This document shows positions 8,054 through 10,101 of a stretch of 10,101 nt of DNA, in pieces. Within the stretch, counting starts at the first letter, position 1. Each line of letters starts with the position of its first letter. The position numbers and the translations under genes were made by a program. The notes under the pieces are model-generated. The model worked only from the letters and a program-made list of their open reading frames with translations, searched no databases and was not told the DNA's origin. The DNA is from an uncultured bacterium (GTDB taxonomy: Bacteria > Hydrogenedentota > Hydrogenedentia > Hydrogenedentales > JAEUWI01): assembly GCA_963977445.1 (NCBI GenBank), contig CAXBPH010000257.1:1-10101 (forward strand), read 5' to 3'.

Positions 8054-8089
8054 AACTAGCGGGCTTCAGGGAGAGGTGAGGTTCACCTC

Positions 8090-9424
8090 ATGAGTAGCAA
8101 GTGGCGTGTTGTATCCAATCAGGATGTCGAAAAGTACGAACAGCAGTTTCGTGCGCTTCATAAGGACTGGCACTATTTCCAAAAACTAATTCAGGCCTAT
8201 GTCGATTCACGGGCTGATAGCGAAAGAAAGCGTGCGCTGGAAATCGCTTTCCTGGAGTTAAAAGGGCGCATCTCCTGCGACTACACGGTCTTGGCTGCGC
8301 TGCGCGATGGGGCCTATGGTATTCCGACCAGCATCAGTGAAATACTATCTGAAGGCACCACACTCAAATCCCTTGCCATGTCGAGTCGGGTTGATTCCGA
8401 GTGGCAATTGGTGGATGAGGCCTTGGGCTACATACGGCAACTGCTTGTCGAGTGCCATGAAAAAACCAGGAAAAACAAGGCACCGAAACTCCCTGCCGAG
8501 ATGTTTGTCCATGGGGCATCTGAACACACCATCGACCGCTATACCTCCCTATGCCAGGCCTTGCAGGTGGATTGGCGCAATCTGCACCAGCTCCTGGAGT
8601 CTTATCTGAAACCTGGCGCAAACAAACAGCAATTGGAAGCAGAGCTCCTACAGTTGAAGAGCAAAATAGCCTGTGAGTATCCCACCTTGCCCACCTGGTT
8701 TGGTGGTCGGGACAAGACGGCGGTGAGCCTGGAGAAACTGCTGAGTGGCTCCTCCTCTCTGGCATCTCTCGCGGATGGCATTCGCCTGGGTGGACGAACC
8801 CTTGGGGATTGGAAGGCGGTGGACGATTCTATAGGGGATATACGGAGTCGCCTCACGGTGGCCCGCAGTAATATGGAGCAGGGTAAACCCGTTGACTTAC
8901 CCAACGGATTCGTCATTCAGCAAGTTCGGCGGCCCTTTCCCATCAAGAAATACTTCATTCGATTCGCTGTGCTGTCGACAATTTTCCTCGTGGTCGGCGG
9001 CGCGTACTTCTTGCGGAACTTTGTGGGCATTGGTGCACCCCAGCCCGGCGAGGGTATGGTCGTGTCCGCGTCTCTGGCGGATGAAGAGCAGGCTGAAGCC
9101 GTCTTGATTGTTATGAATGAGGCCTTCGTTCAGGGAAGTGTAGACTCGTTTATGACGACGATTGCCAACGATTTTACCGATGACGAAGGGAACGGGCGGC
9201 GGGCACTCCGAATTATACTTCAAGCCTACTACACGGCGGGCAACTTCGAGTCAGCCCGAGTCATCTGGAGCAATACTAAATTTACCCGACAGGATGAATG
9301 GCTTTATGCCAGTCCGGTGATCATTCGTCCCAATATGGAAGGCGAGAAGGACCTCTATATTCGAATGGGATTCAAGCAGCATGCTGGGCAATGGCTCATT
9401 TCATCGGCCGAGGGGTACAACTAA
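8090..9424 (+). CDS. Hypothetical bitopic membrane protein, 444 aa: two tandem ~135-aa helical repeats, one TM helix, C-terminal NTF2/SnoaL-like domain
   Basis: Long ORF with strong SD. The internal repeat (aa ~9-140 vs ~144-276) is visible by alignment. TM YFIRFAVLSTIFLVVGGAYFL follows basic RRPFPIKK. The C-terminal MNEAFVQGSVDSFMTTIANDFTDDEGNGRRAL...MGFKQHAGQWLISSA pattern is typical of NTF2-like folds (inference). Confidence 0.85.
   Translation: MSSKWRVVSNQDVEKYEQQFRALHKDWHYFQKLIQAYVDSRADSERKRALEIAFLELKGRISCDYTVLAALRDGAYGIPTSISEILSEGTTLKSLAMSSRVDSEWQLVDEALGYIRQLLVECHEKTRKNKAPKLPAEMFVHGASEHTIDRYTSLCQALQVDWRNLHQLLESYLKPGANKQQLEAELLQLKSKIACEYPTLPTWFGGRDKTAVSLEKLLSGSSSLASLADGIRLGGRTLGDWKAVDDSIGDIRSRLTVARSNMEQGKPVDLPNGFVIQQVRRPFPIKKYFIRFAVLSTIFLVVGGAYFLRNFVGIGAPQPGEGMVVSASLADEEQAEAVLIVMNEAFVQGSVDSFMTTIANDFTDDEGNGRRALRIILQAYYTAGNFESARVIWSNTKFTRQDEWLYASPVIIRPNMEGEKDLYIRMGFKQHAGQWLISSAEGYN
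8114..8917 (+). repeat. Intragenic tandem domain duplication (2 x ~135 codons), visible at protein level
   Basis: Matched anchors: Y16/Y151, AL22/157, DW26/161, Y37/172, LE50/182, LKGRISCDY57/LKSKIACEY189, SLA94/226, W105/241, VD108/244, GxIR113/249, LP134/270. Confidence 0.85.
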
Positions 9425-9502
9425 GGCCGCAATGAGCGGACGTGTCAGACGGCCAGTGGGGAAGGTGTATCGGTAGGTCAGGGTGTGTTACGATTTCGCG
9501 CC

Positions 9503-9844
9503 ATGAGTCGAATATACCCAATCGCCCTGCTGATCATCGCCAATATCTTTATGACCTACGCCTGGTACGGCCATCTGAAAGATATGAAGGGAAAGCCGCT
9601 CCTCCTCGTTATCGTTTCGAGCTGGCTGGTGGCCTTTATGGAGTACTGCTTTCAGGTGCCCGCCAACCGCCTGGGGCATGAGGTGTTTACCCTGGGACAA
9701 CTCAAGATTGCCCAGGAAGTAATCACCATGAGCGTATTCGCCGTGTTCAGCGTGCTCTACATGAAAGAGCGGATCACCCTCGACTATCTTTGGGCGGGCC
9801 TGTGTCTGGCCGGCGCCGTCTACTTCATCTTTCGCAGTCCCTGA
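9503..9844 (+). CDS. DMT superfamily small membrane protein (DMT_6 / DUF486 family), 113 aa
   Basis: Family-typical motifs NIFMTYAWYGHLK, SWLVAFMEYCFQVPANRLG, QLKIAQEVIT, YLWAGLCLAGAVYFIFR; four hydrophobic helices. ATG 9503 is preferred to GTG 9485 on family length. Confidence 0.92.
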   Translation: MSRIYPIALLIIANIFMTYAWYGHLKDMKGKPLLLVIVSSWLVAFMEYCFQVPANRLGHEVFTLGQLKIAQEVITMSVFAVFSVLYMKERITLDYLWAGLCLAGAVYFIFRSP

Positions 9845-9862
9845 TCGGGGCCGACCACATGT

Positions 9863-10101
9863 CTATTGGGGGACCACGATGTTTCGCTGGACCACCGTAC
9901 TGTTTCCTGCGGTATCGGTGACCGTGAAGGTGATGGTCTGGGGGCCGGAGGGTAAGTCCACGTCCCGTTCCCAGGCGAGGTGATTGCGTTCGGGGTCATA
10001 GGCACCGACGAGCCATTGGCTGCCACAGGTTATCTTGTACCCCGCGATGCCGCTGCCACTGTCCGACACGTCCGCTTCGAGCAGGGGGCGTTCTGATTGG
10101 G
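9863..10101 (-). CDS. 3' end of a gene running in from the right edge; C-terminal Ig-like beta-sandwich, of a type often found at the end of large M23-family peptidases
   Basis: The frame is open to the window edge (QSERPLLEADVSDSGSGIAGYKITCGSQWLVGAYDPERNHL...GPQTITFTVTDTAGN). DxxSGI, WL..xYD and TxTDxAGN are Ig-like hallmarks. The M23 link is inference only; no catalytic domain is in view. Confidence 0.75.
   Translation of the reverse strand, partial: QSERPLLEADVSDSGSGIAGYKITCGSQWLVGAYDPERNHLAWERDVDLPSGPQTITFTVTDTAGNSTVVQRNIVVPQ

Noticed and set aside
7072..8089. CRISPR array, IS element or tRNA in the 1-kb gap
   Set aside because: No regularly spaced direct repeats, terminal inverted repeats or transposase fragment. 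GTTCGAA at 7884-7890 looks like a T-loop but has no flanking T-stem or cloverleaf.

Overview
Bacterial chromosomal window, moderately GC-rich, with a more AT-rich accessory stretch at about 7.1-8.1 kb. On the + strand: the 3' part of a large TPR-repeat protein with a PrsT-like C-terminus (followed by an intrinsic terminator), a stand-alone cyclic-nucleotide-binding protein, a long RelA/SpoT homologue (Rel, intact HD and RxKD motifs) and uvrB 7 nt after it. Next come about 1 kb with one or two small membrane-protein ORFs and a structured non-coding stretch, an unknown 444-aa bitopic membrane protein and a DMT_6/DUF486 small membrane protein. On the - strand, convergent, is the 3' end of a gene with an Ig-like C-terminal domain. 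I see no rRNA, tRNA, CRISPR array, transposase or recognisable defence system. Best leads: (1) the 444-aa protein, made of two ~135-aa helical repeats with a conserved LKxxIxC(D/E)Y motif, a TM helix and an NTF2-like domain, behind a leader with a Shine-Dalgarno-occluding hairpin; (2) a Rel that seems to lack ~50 aa of its alpha-helical (AH) regulatory domain and has a structured leader; (3) the tight rel-uvrB coupling; (4) a candidate rod-shaped, 6S-like ncRNA at ~7734-7881. All family calls are by eye from motifs; no searches were run.
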